Positions 23,986 to 32,000 of a stretch of DNA of 32,000 nt are shown piece after piece. How positions within the stretch are numbered: the stretch's first letter is position 1; each line of letters begins with the position of its first letter. A model generated the notes under the pieces. That model did no database searches. It saw only the letters and a program-made list of their open reading frames with translations, and had not been told where the DNA came from. Where the stretch lies: positions 30,001 to 62,000 of the forward strand of contig JBAZYG010000002.1 in NCBI GenBank assembly GCA_041659445.1, written 5' to 3'. The position numbers were made by a program, and so were the translations under genes. This DNA is from Candidatus Saccharimonadota bacterium (GTDB lineage Archaea; Nanobdellota; Nanobdellia; Pacearchaeales; GW2011-AR1).

Positions 23986-24372
23986 TTATTTTTGATTTTT
24001 TCTTTTTTGAAATTCTTCATAACTAGAATCCAAAAATAAATCAACCATGCTGGAATTTGTATGCTTTCCAGATCCCGGAGAATTACCTTTTAATCTTTTA
24101 ACAATTCTTTTAACAAATTTTGGTTCAAAAAAAGTTGTTCTTGATACAGCCATAAGAACCCTTTCTTCAAGATGGGGCGCTTTTGGACTTTGAAAATCTT
24201 TTTTTAATGAAATTCTAACTGGAAATTTATCTAAAATTAAGTAATTTTCCCATCCATTTTTATCTACAGGAGTGTAAATGCTATTCATTTCATTTAAGGC
24301 TATTTTAAGAGCATCGTATTCTCTCATATCGCATTTTAAGTCATACTGTCTAAATCGAATTGTTTTTTCCAT
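23986..24372 (-). CDS. Hypothetical protein (128 aa)
   Basis: A clean ORF with a TATA-like TTTTTAAA at -22..-29 (24394-24401). I recognise no motif. Confidence 0.45.
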   Translation of the reverse strand: MEKTIRFRQYDLKCDMREYDALKIALNEMNSIYTPVDKNGWENYLILDKFPVRISLKKDFQSPKAPHLEERVLMAVSRTTFFEPKFVKRIVKRLKGNSPGSGKHTNSSMVDLFLDSSYEEFQKRKNQK

Positions 24373-24437
24373 GTTTTTTCAAACATTTTACTATTTAAAA
24401 ATCTTTCTATTGTTGTAATTATAAAAAGATAACAAAA

Positions 24438-25175
24438 TTATTCATAATTCCAATTTTCTAAATTAATATTCTTAAAATCATAAAATTTTTTATTTAAAAG
24501 ATTATATTGTCCTAAAAAAGGATTTTCAGTTTTTAAATTAAAAGGGTTTTTTTGAAATAAATAAACTTGTGCTTTAGGAGGAATTCCTGGATAACAAAGT
24601 AAAATCCATTTTTCTCTTCCCTGAATATATTCATTTCTAAAATTAACTAGATTATTCAAAACAAGATAAATCATCAAATGCTCTTCTAAAAAGAAATTCA
24701 ATTGATTTTTATCTAACTTTCTATTATAAAATTTAATATCTTCTTGAATATATTTTTGAAAAGTTTTATCTTTTTTATAGAAATCTTTAATTTTTTCAAA
24801 ATAAACATTAAAATCTCCTTTAATTTCTAGATATAGATTACCCCAAGTTTCAAAATGAAATGCGTGCTGTATTTGAAGAGATTTTCTATTTTTATGAATT
24901 GCGTTTTTTAATCCATTTTTATGATTAACCATTGCATTCATAAATTTCTCTTTTAAAAAAGTTGCTTTATCTTCAGAATTTAAATATAAAAAATCACAAT
25001 AAACCAAGTTTAATCCTATTTTAGGTTCTCCTGCTTTTTTATCTCCAAAAAAACTAATCCATTCTAAACAATTTTTAACAGATTGCTTAGTAGTAATATT
25101 AGACATTGAAATAGGAAAGAATAAAATCCCCCAATCTTTCAAAGGTTTTATATCAAAAAATTCATTTTGTTTCAT
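24438..25175 (-). CDS. Candidate tRNA-dependent cyclodipeptide synthase (CDPS)-like protein
   Basis: The start is set at Met23 of the track ORF (ATG 25175), 1 nt after the tyrS stop. Motif order and spacing resemble CDPSs: FFPISMSN...LEW (Ser codon 25107-25109), a basic helix KATFLKEKF...KNAIHKNRK, LNFFLEEHLM, and ILLCYPG. Details are in the findings. Confidence 0.4.
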   Translation of the reverse strand: MKQNEFFDIKPLKDWGILFFPISMSNITTKQSVKNCLEWISFFGDKKAGEPKIGLNLVYCDFLYLNSEDKATFLKEKFMNAMVNHKNGLKNAIHKNRKSLQIQHAFHFETWGNLYLEIKGDFNVYFEKIKDFYKKDKTFQKYIQEDIKFYNRKLDKNQLNFFLEEHLMIYLVLNNLVNFRNEYIQGREKWILLCYPGIPPKAQVYLFQKNPFNLKTENPFLGQYNLLNKKFYDFKNINLENWNYE

Positions 25176-25176
25176 T

Positions 25177-26286
25177 TCATCTAGTAATGCTATATTTTTT
25201 AACTTCTTCATACAATTGTTTTGCTTTTTTATTTTTTTCAAAATATTCTCTTATTGGCTGAATCATTTCGTTTAAATAAAAAGAAACTGTTTTTTTCAAG
25301 TCCAAGGGATGTAATTTCCCTTCAATATAAACTTTTTCAATTTCAGAATAATTCAATTTTAAATTTCCTCCAAACTTTTCAGGTCTTGAAATATCTATTT
25401 TTTCATATCTTTTAAAAATCAAATATTTTAAATAATCAAATAAAGGATTTCCTTCAATTATCTTTTCTGGACAATAGGCTTTGTTAATCTTTCTTTCAAT
25501 ATCTTCCTTGGTATCATGCATATATATGCAAGTTTCAGGCTTACTTTTACTCATTTTACTTGCTAAAAGTATTTCATCTTTATCTTTTCCAGGCTGAATT
25601 CCTTGAAGACCTAAAATCATATGATGAGAAACAACAATAGGCTTTTTCCAATTTAATTTATCTGCAATTTCTCTTGCAAGTACATTTGCTCTTCTTTGAT
25701 CCAAACCTAATTGACAAATATCCACATTCAATTCAAAAATATCTGAAACCTGCATGCTAGGATAAAATAATTGTGCTGTAGATTGTAATTCCCCTTCTTT
25801 TCTTCCCATTATAGTTGTTGCCCTAATACTCCTATTCAAGGTTGTTTCTTTTGCAACTCTTAACACCCTGTCCCAATATTTTAAATTATTCATTTTATCA
25901 GATGCCCAGATAATTTCAACCTTAGACGTATCAACCCCACAGGCTTTCCACATTTCAATGAAGTATTCTCCTGCTCTTTGAATTCTTTTTAAATCTCCCC
26001 CAAGTTTGTTATTGATAAAAGCAAAATAATCTGCAAGATATAATTTAAATTTAACACCTGCTTTTAACATAAATTTAATGTTTTCTGCTCTAAGTAATCC
26101 AAAAGGGATATGTGCTAATCCAGAAGGTTCAAAACCATCATAAGCAATAATATCTTTTCCTGATTTAAGCATTTCTTTTAATTCTTCTTCACCAATTAAT
26201 TCCCCACCATCTGCAACACTTCTGATTAATTCAAATCTTTCTTCTACATTTAAATTTTCTTTCTTGTTTTCTTTTTTAGCAACCAT
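25177..26286 (-). CDS. tyrS: Tyrosyl-tRNA synthetase, long archaeal type
   Basis: The motifs are GFEPSGLAHIPFG, ADYFAFINNKLGGDL, YPSMQVSDI, KMSKSKPE, KAYCP...EGNP, RPEKFGGNL, KLHPLDLK and a C-terminal ...ITR. It is collinear with Pyrococcus-type TyrRS as I recall it. Confidence 0.9.
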   Translation of the reverse strand: MVAKKENKKENLNVEERFELIRSVADGGELIGEEELKEMLKSGKDIIAYDGFEPSGLAHIPFGLLRAENIKFMLKAGVKFKLYLADYFAFINNKLGGDLKRIQRAGEYFIEMWKACGVDTSKVEIIWASDKMNNLKYWDRVLRVAKETTLNRSIRATTIMGRKEGELQSTAQLFYPSMQVSDIFELNVDICQLGLDQRRANVLAREIADKLNWKKPIVVSHHMILGLQGIQPGKDKDEILLASKMSKSKPETCIYMHDTKEDIERKINKAYCPEKIIEGNPLFDYLKYLIFKRYEKIDISRPEKFGGNLKLNYSEIEKVYIEGKLHPLDLKKTVSFYLNEMIQPIREYFEKNKKAKQLYEEVKKYSITR

Positions 26287-26307
26287 GAAAATATAAATTT
26301 TTATTAA

Positions 26308-26315
26308 TTATTAAA
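26308..26315 (-). promoter_or_regulatory. TATA-like box TTTAATAA, -22..-29 from tyrS ATG 26286
   Basis: It suggests that tyrS and the downstream CDPS-like ORF form their own bicistronic unit. Confidence 0.35.
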
Positions 26316-26336
26316 TCTTTCTTAAAAACACTAAAT

Positions 26337-27290
26337 TTATTTAACAAAAGAGTCAATTGTTCTCTCCAAAATATAATTCTTATATGTTATAAAATCCTTA
26401 AAATTAACCCAGTCTCTTTCTAGAATTAAACCTTTCACTTTTGAATGTAATGAACTAGGAAGTAATTCTTTTAACCTTTTTTCACCATTAGATATCTCTA
26501 AGTTCAAAGACTCATTAAATTTATCCTTAATATTTGAATAAAAATTTGAATCTCCTGCTTCTTTATTTATTCCTTCAATTTCTTCTTCACTTAAATTCTT
26601 TAAACTAAAAAAATGCGAAAATCTCATACTCACAATTCCTTTCAGGACTCTATTTAAAAAATTTTGATTCACAATATTAACATAATCTTCTCCCCAATTA
26701 CAAAAATCGCTTCTCAATAAAGAATAACCAACTAAAAAATCACTATTTACTTTATCTTTTTTAAAAAAACCATTTTCATCTATAAATTCTACTTTGAAAT
26801 CAGGAAATATCTTGCTTTTATTAATTAAAAATTTTCCTTCATCTAATCCAGGCCAATAAATAGGCCTTGCTATAGTAATATCTGATAACAAAAGCGGTTC
26901 ATGAATATAAGAAGTATGTGAAATTTGAACGTAATCTGATTTAATACCATCTAAAATTCCTAAAATTTTTTTTAAGGCATAATTTTTTGTTTCTCTATCT
27001 AAAATTGGATAAATTAAACCAATAGAATTGTATAATGCAGAAGGAATTGCTTCATGAGGACCTCCACAAGTTGCTTCTACAAAAAACCTATGATTTTCTC
27101 CTGTTTTTGAGTCAGTATAAGATTTATTCAGAGCTTCATCATAAATATTAAAAAGTTCATCTAAAGCTTTTTCTGGATTTTCCCAGAGAAGTTGAGAAAA
27201 TTTTTCAGAATAATCATCTGCAATAAAATAATAATTACTAAAAGTATTTTTTATATTTTCAAATAAATTTTCCTGATTGTTTTTATTCAT
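26337..27290 (-). CDS. Hypothetical protein (317 aa)
   Basis: A long clean ORF with no motif I can name. Confidence 0.5.
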   Translation of the reverse strand: MNKNNQENLFENIKNTFSNYYFIADDYSEKFSQLLWENPEKALDELFNIYDEALNKSYTDSKTGENHRFFVEATCGGPHEAIPSALYNSIGLIYPILDRETKNYALKKILGILDGIKSDYVQISHTSYIHEPLLLSDITIARPIYWPGLDEGKFLINKSKIFPDFKVEFIDENGFFKKDKVNSDFLVGYSLLRSDFCNWGEDYVNIVNQNFLNRVLKGIVSMRFSHFFSLKNLSEEEIEGINKEAGDSNFYSNIKDKFNESLNLEISNGEKRLKELLPSSLHSKVKGLILERDWVNFKDFITYKNYILERTIDSFVK

Positions 27291-27384
27291 TTTTATTATT
27301 AGAAATCTTAGGCGATTTCAAACCATCACCTCTTAAAAGCAAATAATAGCATGGTTTAAAAAATTAATTGTTTTTAAAGAGTAT

Positions 27385-28581
27385 ATGTTATTAGAAATTC
27401 TTTTAGCATTATTTTTAGGAATACTTGCAGGAATTTTAACAGGTTTAATTCCAGGAATACACAATAATCTTATTGGAGCATTTTTAGTATCTTTATATGC
27501 AACAATTTTAGGACACATTCCCCCAATTTATTTAATAATTTTTATAACTGCTATGGCAATTTCAAATACTTTTTTAGAGTTTATTCCGTCAATATTTTTA
27601 GGATGTCCAGATACAGATACTGAATTAAGTATTTTGCCTGGGCATAGGTTATTAAAAAAGGGTTTGGGATATCAAGCAATAACTTTTACTGCATATGGTG
27701 GAATTATTGCAATATTCCTAACTTTAATTTTAGCATGGCCTTCAATTTTTATTATGAAAAATATATTTGATGAATTAAAATTAGTAACGCCTTATCTTTT
27801 AATTGCAGTTTTAATTTTTTTAATTTATCTTGAAGATAAAAAAATAAAAGCAATATTTGTAATTTTAATTACAGGTTTCTTAGGAATTATTATTTTAAAT
27901 TTTGAAATGAAAGAACCACTTTTACCCTTGTTAACAGGCTTATTTGGTAGTTCAATGTTAATTGCAAGTATAAAAGATAAATTTCAAATTCCCAAACAAA
28001 CTTTAGAGTGTGAAAAAATAAAATTCAAAGACATAAAAAGACCTTTGCTAGGTTCTTTGGTTTCTTCTCCGATGTGTGGTTTTTTGCCAGGATTAGGAAA
28101 CGGACAAGCAGCAATAATCGGAAGCACTATTTCAAAAGACGATGAAAAAAGTTTTTTGATTTTACTTGGAGCAACAAATGTTTTTGTTATGGCTTTTTCT
28201 TTTCTTGCACTTTATGCAATTTCAAAATCTAGAACAGGTGCAGCAGTAGCTATAAATGAAATAATTGGAGCACTTTCATCAAAAATGATTTTCTTAATTT
28301 TAATAGTGATTTTAATTTCAGGAATTATTTCTTTCATTTTAACAAAAAAAATTGGAAAATTCTTTTCAAAAAATATTTCAAAAATAAATTACTCAAAATT
28401 ATCAATAATAATTTTATGCTTGCTTGTAGTTATTATCACTGCAATTTCAGGATGGAAAGGTTTGATTGTTTTAATTATTTCAACAATAACAGGAATTTAT
28501 TGTATATCTCTAGGAGTTAAAAGAACAAATATGATGGGTTGCTTATTAATTCCTACAATTTTATTTTATTTCGGGTTATGA
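27385..28581 (+). CDS. Polytopic membrane protein, TctA/DUF112-like (putative tricarboxylate-type transporter subunit)
   Basis: It has about 10 or more TM segments. The G-x-x-x-G-x-I-PG-I/L-G type motifs recur twice (GILAGILTGLIPGIHNN and CGFLPGLGNGQAAIIG), as in TctA-family proteins. A TATA-like GTTTAAAAAA lies about 22-30 nt upstream. Confidence 0.5.
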   Translation: MLLEILLALFLGILAGILTGLIPGIHNNLIGAFLVSLYATILGHIPPIYLIIFITAMAISNTFLEFIPSIFLGCPDTDTELSILPGHRLLKKGLGYQAITFTAYGGIIAIFLTLILAWPSIFIMKNIFDELKLVTPYLLIAVLIFLIYLEDKKIKAIFVILITGFLGIIILNFEMKEPLLPLLTGLFGSSMLIASIKDKFQIPKQTLECEKIKFKDIKRPLLGSLVSSPMCGFLPGLGNGQAAIIGSTISKDDEKSFLILLGATNVFVMAFSFLALYAISKSRTGAAVAINEIIGALSSKMIFLILIVILISGIISFILTKKIGKFFSKNISKINYSKLSIIILCLLVVIITAISGWKGLIVLIISTITGIYCISLGVKRTNMMGCLLIPTILFYFGL

Positions 28582-28585
28582 AAAA

Positions 28586-31500
28586 TCAAAACCATCTTTC
28601 AATATTTTCTTGCTTTTCGTTTTCTTTTCCAAAAATACTGTCAATATATCTTTTTATCAAATCTAAATTTTGTTGTAAATAAACAGAAAGATGATATTTA
28701 TTTGCTAAATCTAAAGCAGTATCTAAATATTTTTTAATTCCACCTTTATTAATTGTAAAAATTAATTTTCCACCACAGATTGGACAAACTCCAGATAAAG
28801 GAGGCCTTCTTACAATTTCATTACACTTAACACATCTAAAATTTTGAGTAGAAAAACTCCTCAAATTACCCCTCATATCCCTTATAAAATGCCTTTCAAT
28901 AATTAATCTTGCAGTATCACTAGTATCAACAGCTCTTATTTTTTCAACTAAAGCCATTTGATGATTAACTTTTTCTTGCATCAAACCAAGCAATTTATAA
29001 TTTGAACATAAAACTCCGAGATTAAAATTTTCAGTATTATGGGTAAATCCTAATTTCAAAAACGGATCTTTACCATCTTTTAATGCATTTTTAACACAAT
29101 AAACATCTACTTCAGATGAATGTTTTTTCTTCTCAGCAAGATGATACAATGAAAGAGGATATTCATCGACCATCTCTAAATCTAGAATTTGATCATCAAC
29201 TTCCCCTGCATCTATTTTAGCATTTAACACAAGAGGCGCATCTTGAGTTCCTCCTCTATGACTAGGTAAAAATTTTCTTGAAAAGTTAATTAAAACATCT
29301 CCCAATAACATCAATGATGCTTCATCACCATCGCAATCTCTTCTAATTGCAGCATGCATATATGGACTTGCCATCAAACCCAAAGTATCTGAAAAACCAA
29401 TAAATCTGCAAATAACTCCAGCACAATTATGTGGAGCCATACAAACACCAAGTTGTCCAATTAAATCTTCTTTTGTTTTCACATTATAATAAGATTTCAA
29501 CCCATAAACATTCACTAAAAGATCGTCCATAAAATTACAAATATTTTTAAAAACTTCTTCTCCTCTTTCATCTGGATTTTCAGGAGAACTTGGAATCAAC
29601 ACATCATGGGGCATTAATTCTAAAATTTGATTTTCATTAACAAGAGGATTTCCATAAACATCTTCGTCATAACCAAGTTCTTTTAATTTTTCAACAGAAA
29701 CTTTAATTTCCTTTGGCTTAAAGGCTATTAAAGGAAGTTCTGTTGCATCAAGACGAATTGTTCCATCTTTATTAACTTGAAGATTATATTTTGCTCTTAA
29801 AATTCCTTTAACTAAATTTTCTGGAATTTTTGAGTCAGAACTTAATCCTCTAACGCCTTTTATTAAAACAGGCATTTCTTCTTTGTTTAGTTTCAAAATC
29901 TCTTTAGCAGAATTTAAATAAGAACAAATATCTAATTCTTTGAAAATAGTCGGCTTCCCTTCTTTAACAGAATTCTTAATATTTTTTTCAAAAGAAGATT
30001 CTTTAATCTCATAAAAATAATATTTTTGTTTAGTCATTTTTTTACAATTTTCACAATGAGGATAAATTGATTCTTTTCCACAATCTTCACAATAAAAATA
30101 AGGAAAAATTCCTTTGACTTTCCCAACTTTACAAGCTTCATTAACACTTCGTAATCTTCCGCCTTCACTTCCAACAGGAAATAAAACATTCGGGCTACCT
30201 GTTAATTTTCTCACTTTTGCTTTTTCTGGACGACCCATTCTTGCTCCAATAAATTCACCTGATTTATCTTTAATTTCAAATTTTGAAAAAGAATTAATAA
30301 TTTCTAAAACAGGTTTTTCTAAATCAAATTTTTCTAAATCAAAATATTCTTTAAAATAATTTTTATTTAAAACTTCATTTAAATCAAAACCTAAATTCAA
30401 AAAAAGAGATTTTGCATTTACAACATCAATAATAACATTTTCTATAAAAACATCGTGAGAAATTCCCAAAAGTTCCAAAGCCCTTTTTCCCAATGAAAAT
30501 TTTTCTCTGTCTAATTTAGTATAAGGTAAAATTAATTTATCTAAAAAAACAGAATTTCTTAACCAATCTATTAAATTTAAAAATTCTTCTTTGCTTATTT
30601 CGTTCCAATAAAAAATAAATTTTGGATACAAAGGAATTTTTTCTTTTTCACTTATTTCTATTGCTTTTTCAAAAGAAACATTAAAATAATCTAAATTAAC
30701 ATAATCTTTTTTATTTTTTTCTTTTAATTCTAAAAACCACCACTCCTCTACAAAACCAGGTTTGATTAATTGCGCGTTTCTATTAATAACATCACTAAAA
30801 GGAAAAAGTATATCCCCTAAATAAATTATTTCTTCTATTTCTGAATAAAGTTTTTTTGCTTCATCTTTGCTATTTAATTTTTTAACACTACCATTACGAA
30901 GTTTTACAATTGGCCCATCAATAGAATCGTTCACAGTAATTGCACAACCTTTTGTTGGTTTTTCAACTTTTAATTGAGTTCCAATTGCAATAAAGCCGTC
31001 GGTAACAGCCATTGTAGCCGGAGAAATAGATGAAGCACTAAACCCAGAGTTTCGTCCCCGGCCATATCTAAATCTAAATCCTCCTGATCTTGAAGGATGG
31101 CTAAATACAGGTCTTCCTGCAACTAAATCTTTTATATACGTCGGAGAAGCATCAATTTTCCCTTTATCTCTTTTTTCATGAATTTTAATATATTCTTCTA
31201 AAAAATCAAATCCAGTAGACTTTACACCGTTTTTTTTTGCTTTATTTAAAAGTCTAAACCCCTTTGTAGCTTTTTGAGCCAAACCTTCTCCCAAAATTAA
31301 ACAAAAACCACTCCTTAAAAAATTAGTACTAACTCTTTCTAAATTTTTATAATTTGGAACTTCAATTTTTTCTGAGGGTTCACCGTCGACTTGAAAAGGA
31401 AGATGTCTTGCTAAAAATAATGTTTCTTCTTCAGTAGGCATATATTGTAAATTTGCAACTCTATCATGAAAATGTTCTAATTCTGTATAAACTCTTTTTA

Positions 31501-32000
31501 TTTCTTCTTCAGTTGGATCATATTTTGCAAAACCATATTTTTCTCTTAAAAAATCAATTAATATTAAAACCATACAAGAAGAAGTTGTCCCAGCACTTCT
31601 TATTGGACCTGAAAAAAAAGCCTTGAGATATTCTTTATTATCTTTTGTTTTTCCAATTTTAATTCCAGTATAACCCTCGATTGGACTTGAAACAACACCT
31701 AAAGTGATGTATGCAAATCCTATTCTAATTCCTGCATCAATGGATTCAATTAAATTTTCAAATTTACAAAATTTTTGTTCTGAAACTTCTTCAGCAATTT
31801 TAAAAATAATTGTCGGGTCTAGTTTACCATATTGCTCTTCTAATTCCAAAATCCTTTTAGAGATTTCTGAATCTTTCATTTGAGGATAAATTGTTGAAAT
31901 TAAACCTACAACTTTTTCAGCCATGCTCATTGCCAAAGGTATTTCTACTTCATTTACAGGATCTATTCCTTTACTTCTAGCAATACTTGAAATCCCATAA
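28586..32000 (-). CDS. DNA polymerase II (PolD) large subunit DP2; the 5' end lies beyond the right edge
   Basis: This is a very long ORF with Zn-finger clusters CEDCGKESIYPHCENC and CVKCNEIVRRPPLSGVCPICGG. It has the conserved blocks GARMGRPEKA, MAPHNCAG and RRDCDGDE. The frame stays open upstream of the track start (a TTG at 31936): ...YGISSIARSKGIDPVNEVEIPLAMSMAEKVVGLIS, which matches the conserved DP2 N-terminus. The gene is therefore truncated by the window. No intein-sized insertion is apparent. Confidence 0.9.
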   Translation of the reverse strand, partial: YGISSIARSKGIDPVNEVEIPLAMSMAEKVVGLISTIYPQMKDSEISKRILELEEQYGKLDPTIIFKIAEEVSEQKFCKFENLIESIDAGIRIGFAYITLGVVSSPIEGYTGIKIGKTKDNKEYLKAFFSGPIRSAGTTSSCMVLILIDFLREKYGFAKYDPTEEEIKRVYTELEHFHDRVANLQYMPTEEETLFLARHLPFQVDGEPSEKIEVPNYKNLERVSTNFLRSGFCLILGEGLAQKATKGFRLLNKAKKNGVKSTGFDFLEEYIKIHEKRDKGKIDASPTYIKDLVAGRPVFSHPSRSGGFRFRYGRGRNSGFSASSISPATMAVTDGFIAIGTQLKVEKPTKGCAITVNDSIDGPIVKLRNGSVKKLNSKDEAKKLYSEIEEIIYLGDILFPFSDVINRNAQLIKPGFVEEWWFLELKEKNKKDYVNLDYFNVSFEKAIEISEKEKIPLYPKFIFYWNEISKEEFLNLIDWLRNSVFLDKLILPYTKLDREKFSLGKRALELLGISHDVFIENVIIDVVNAKSLFLNLGFDLNEVLNKNYFKEYFDLEKFDLEKPVLEIINSFSKFEIKDKSGEFIGARMGRPEKAKVRKLTGSPNVLFPVGSEGGRLRSVNEACKVGKVKGIFPYFYCEDCGKESIYPHCENCKKMTKQKYYFYEIKESSFEKNIKNSVKEGKPTIFKELDICSYLNSAKEILKLNKEEMPVLIKGVRGLSSDSKIPENLVKGILRAKYNLQVNKDGTIRLDATELPLIAFKPKEIKVSVEKLKELGYDEDVYGNPLVNENQILELMPHDVLIPSSPENPDERGEEVFKNICNFMDDLLVNVYGLKSYYNVKTKEDLIGQLGVCMAPHNCAGVICRFIGFSDTLGLMASPYMHAAIRRDCDGDEASLMLLGDVLINFSRKFLPSHRGGTQDAPLVLNAKIDAGEVDDQILDLEMVDEYPLSLYHLAEKKKHSSEVDVYCVKNALKDGKDPFLKLGFTHNTENFNLGVLCSNYKLLGLMQEKVNHQMALVEKIRAVDTSDTARLIIERHFIRDMRGNLRSFSTQNFRCVKCNEIVRRPPLSGVCPICGGKLIFTINKGGIKKYLDTALDLANKYHLSVYLQQNLDLIKRYIDSIFGKENEKQENIERWF
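30314..30343. repeat. Perfect 15-bp tandem duplication inside polD
   Basis: tttttctaaatcaaa occurs twice in tandem, encoding FDLEK-FDLEK in frame. Confidence 0.9.

Noticed and set aside
26100-26150. An apparently degenerate HIGH motif in TyrRS (AHIPFG instead of HxGH).
   Set aside because: As I recall, the long Pyrococcus-type archaeal TyrRS also lacks the second His at this position (HLGT). KMSKS and all other blocks are intact, so this is probably normal for the subclass rather than a sign of a pseudo-synthetase.
28586-32000. A possible intein or large insertion in the PolD large subunit.
   Set aside because: The ORF length (more than 1,137 codons visible) and the continuous conserved blocks are in the normal DP2 range. 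I saw no intein block motifs.
1-32000. CRISPR arrays, tRNA or rRNA genes, IS elements, integrases and toxin-antitoxin pairs.
   Set aside because: I scanned for GC-rich islands in the AT-rich background, for regularly spaced direct repeats and for terminal inverted repeats. I found none. The only repeats are the short microsatellite and the 15-bp duplication reported above.

Overview
The window is very AT-rich and tightly packed, with convergent genes only 0-16 nt apart. It is clearly archaeal: it encodes the PolD large subunit (DP2), a Hef-type helicase with a separate ERCC4 nuclease, a long archaeal-type TyrRS and many class III (prepilin) signal peptides. TATA-like boxes sit 22-29 nt upstream of many start codons, which implies leaderless mRNAs. 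The composition, compactness and split genes suggest a small-genome DPANN-like archaeon, but that is inference. I saw no rRNA, tRNA, CRISPR array or transposase. The left 13.4 kb is a single-strand type IV pilus-like cluster. It runs from a secretion ATPase through a large secreted papain-like cysteine peptidase, a secreted Cys-rich repeat protein and a FlaJ/TadC-like platform protein. About ten small genes follow, eight of them with a clear K/R-G/A class III signal peptide, and the cluster ends in a partial A24 prepilin peptidase at the left edge. The peptidase and three tiny ORFs are absent from the supplied track. The protease and Cys-rich protein embedded in the pilus cluster share a cysteine module and a short aromatic/basic tail motif; this is my main candidate for an undescribed surface or host-interaction system. 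The right 18 kb is mostly housekeeping but holds several oddities. A 245-aa ORF coupled to tyrS (1-nt gap) has motif order and spacing resembling tRNA-dependent cyclodipeptide synthases. There is an ArmA/Rmt (FmrO)-like 16S rRNA methyltransferase homologue. Hef is split, with its two halves separated by two unrelated genes. An M50-like membrane protein lacks HExxH, a DRG-type GTPase has a degenerate switch II, and an (ATT)7 microsatellite lies exactly between a TATA-like box and a start codon. All family assignments rest on motif reading and memory of reference sequences; no searches were run.
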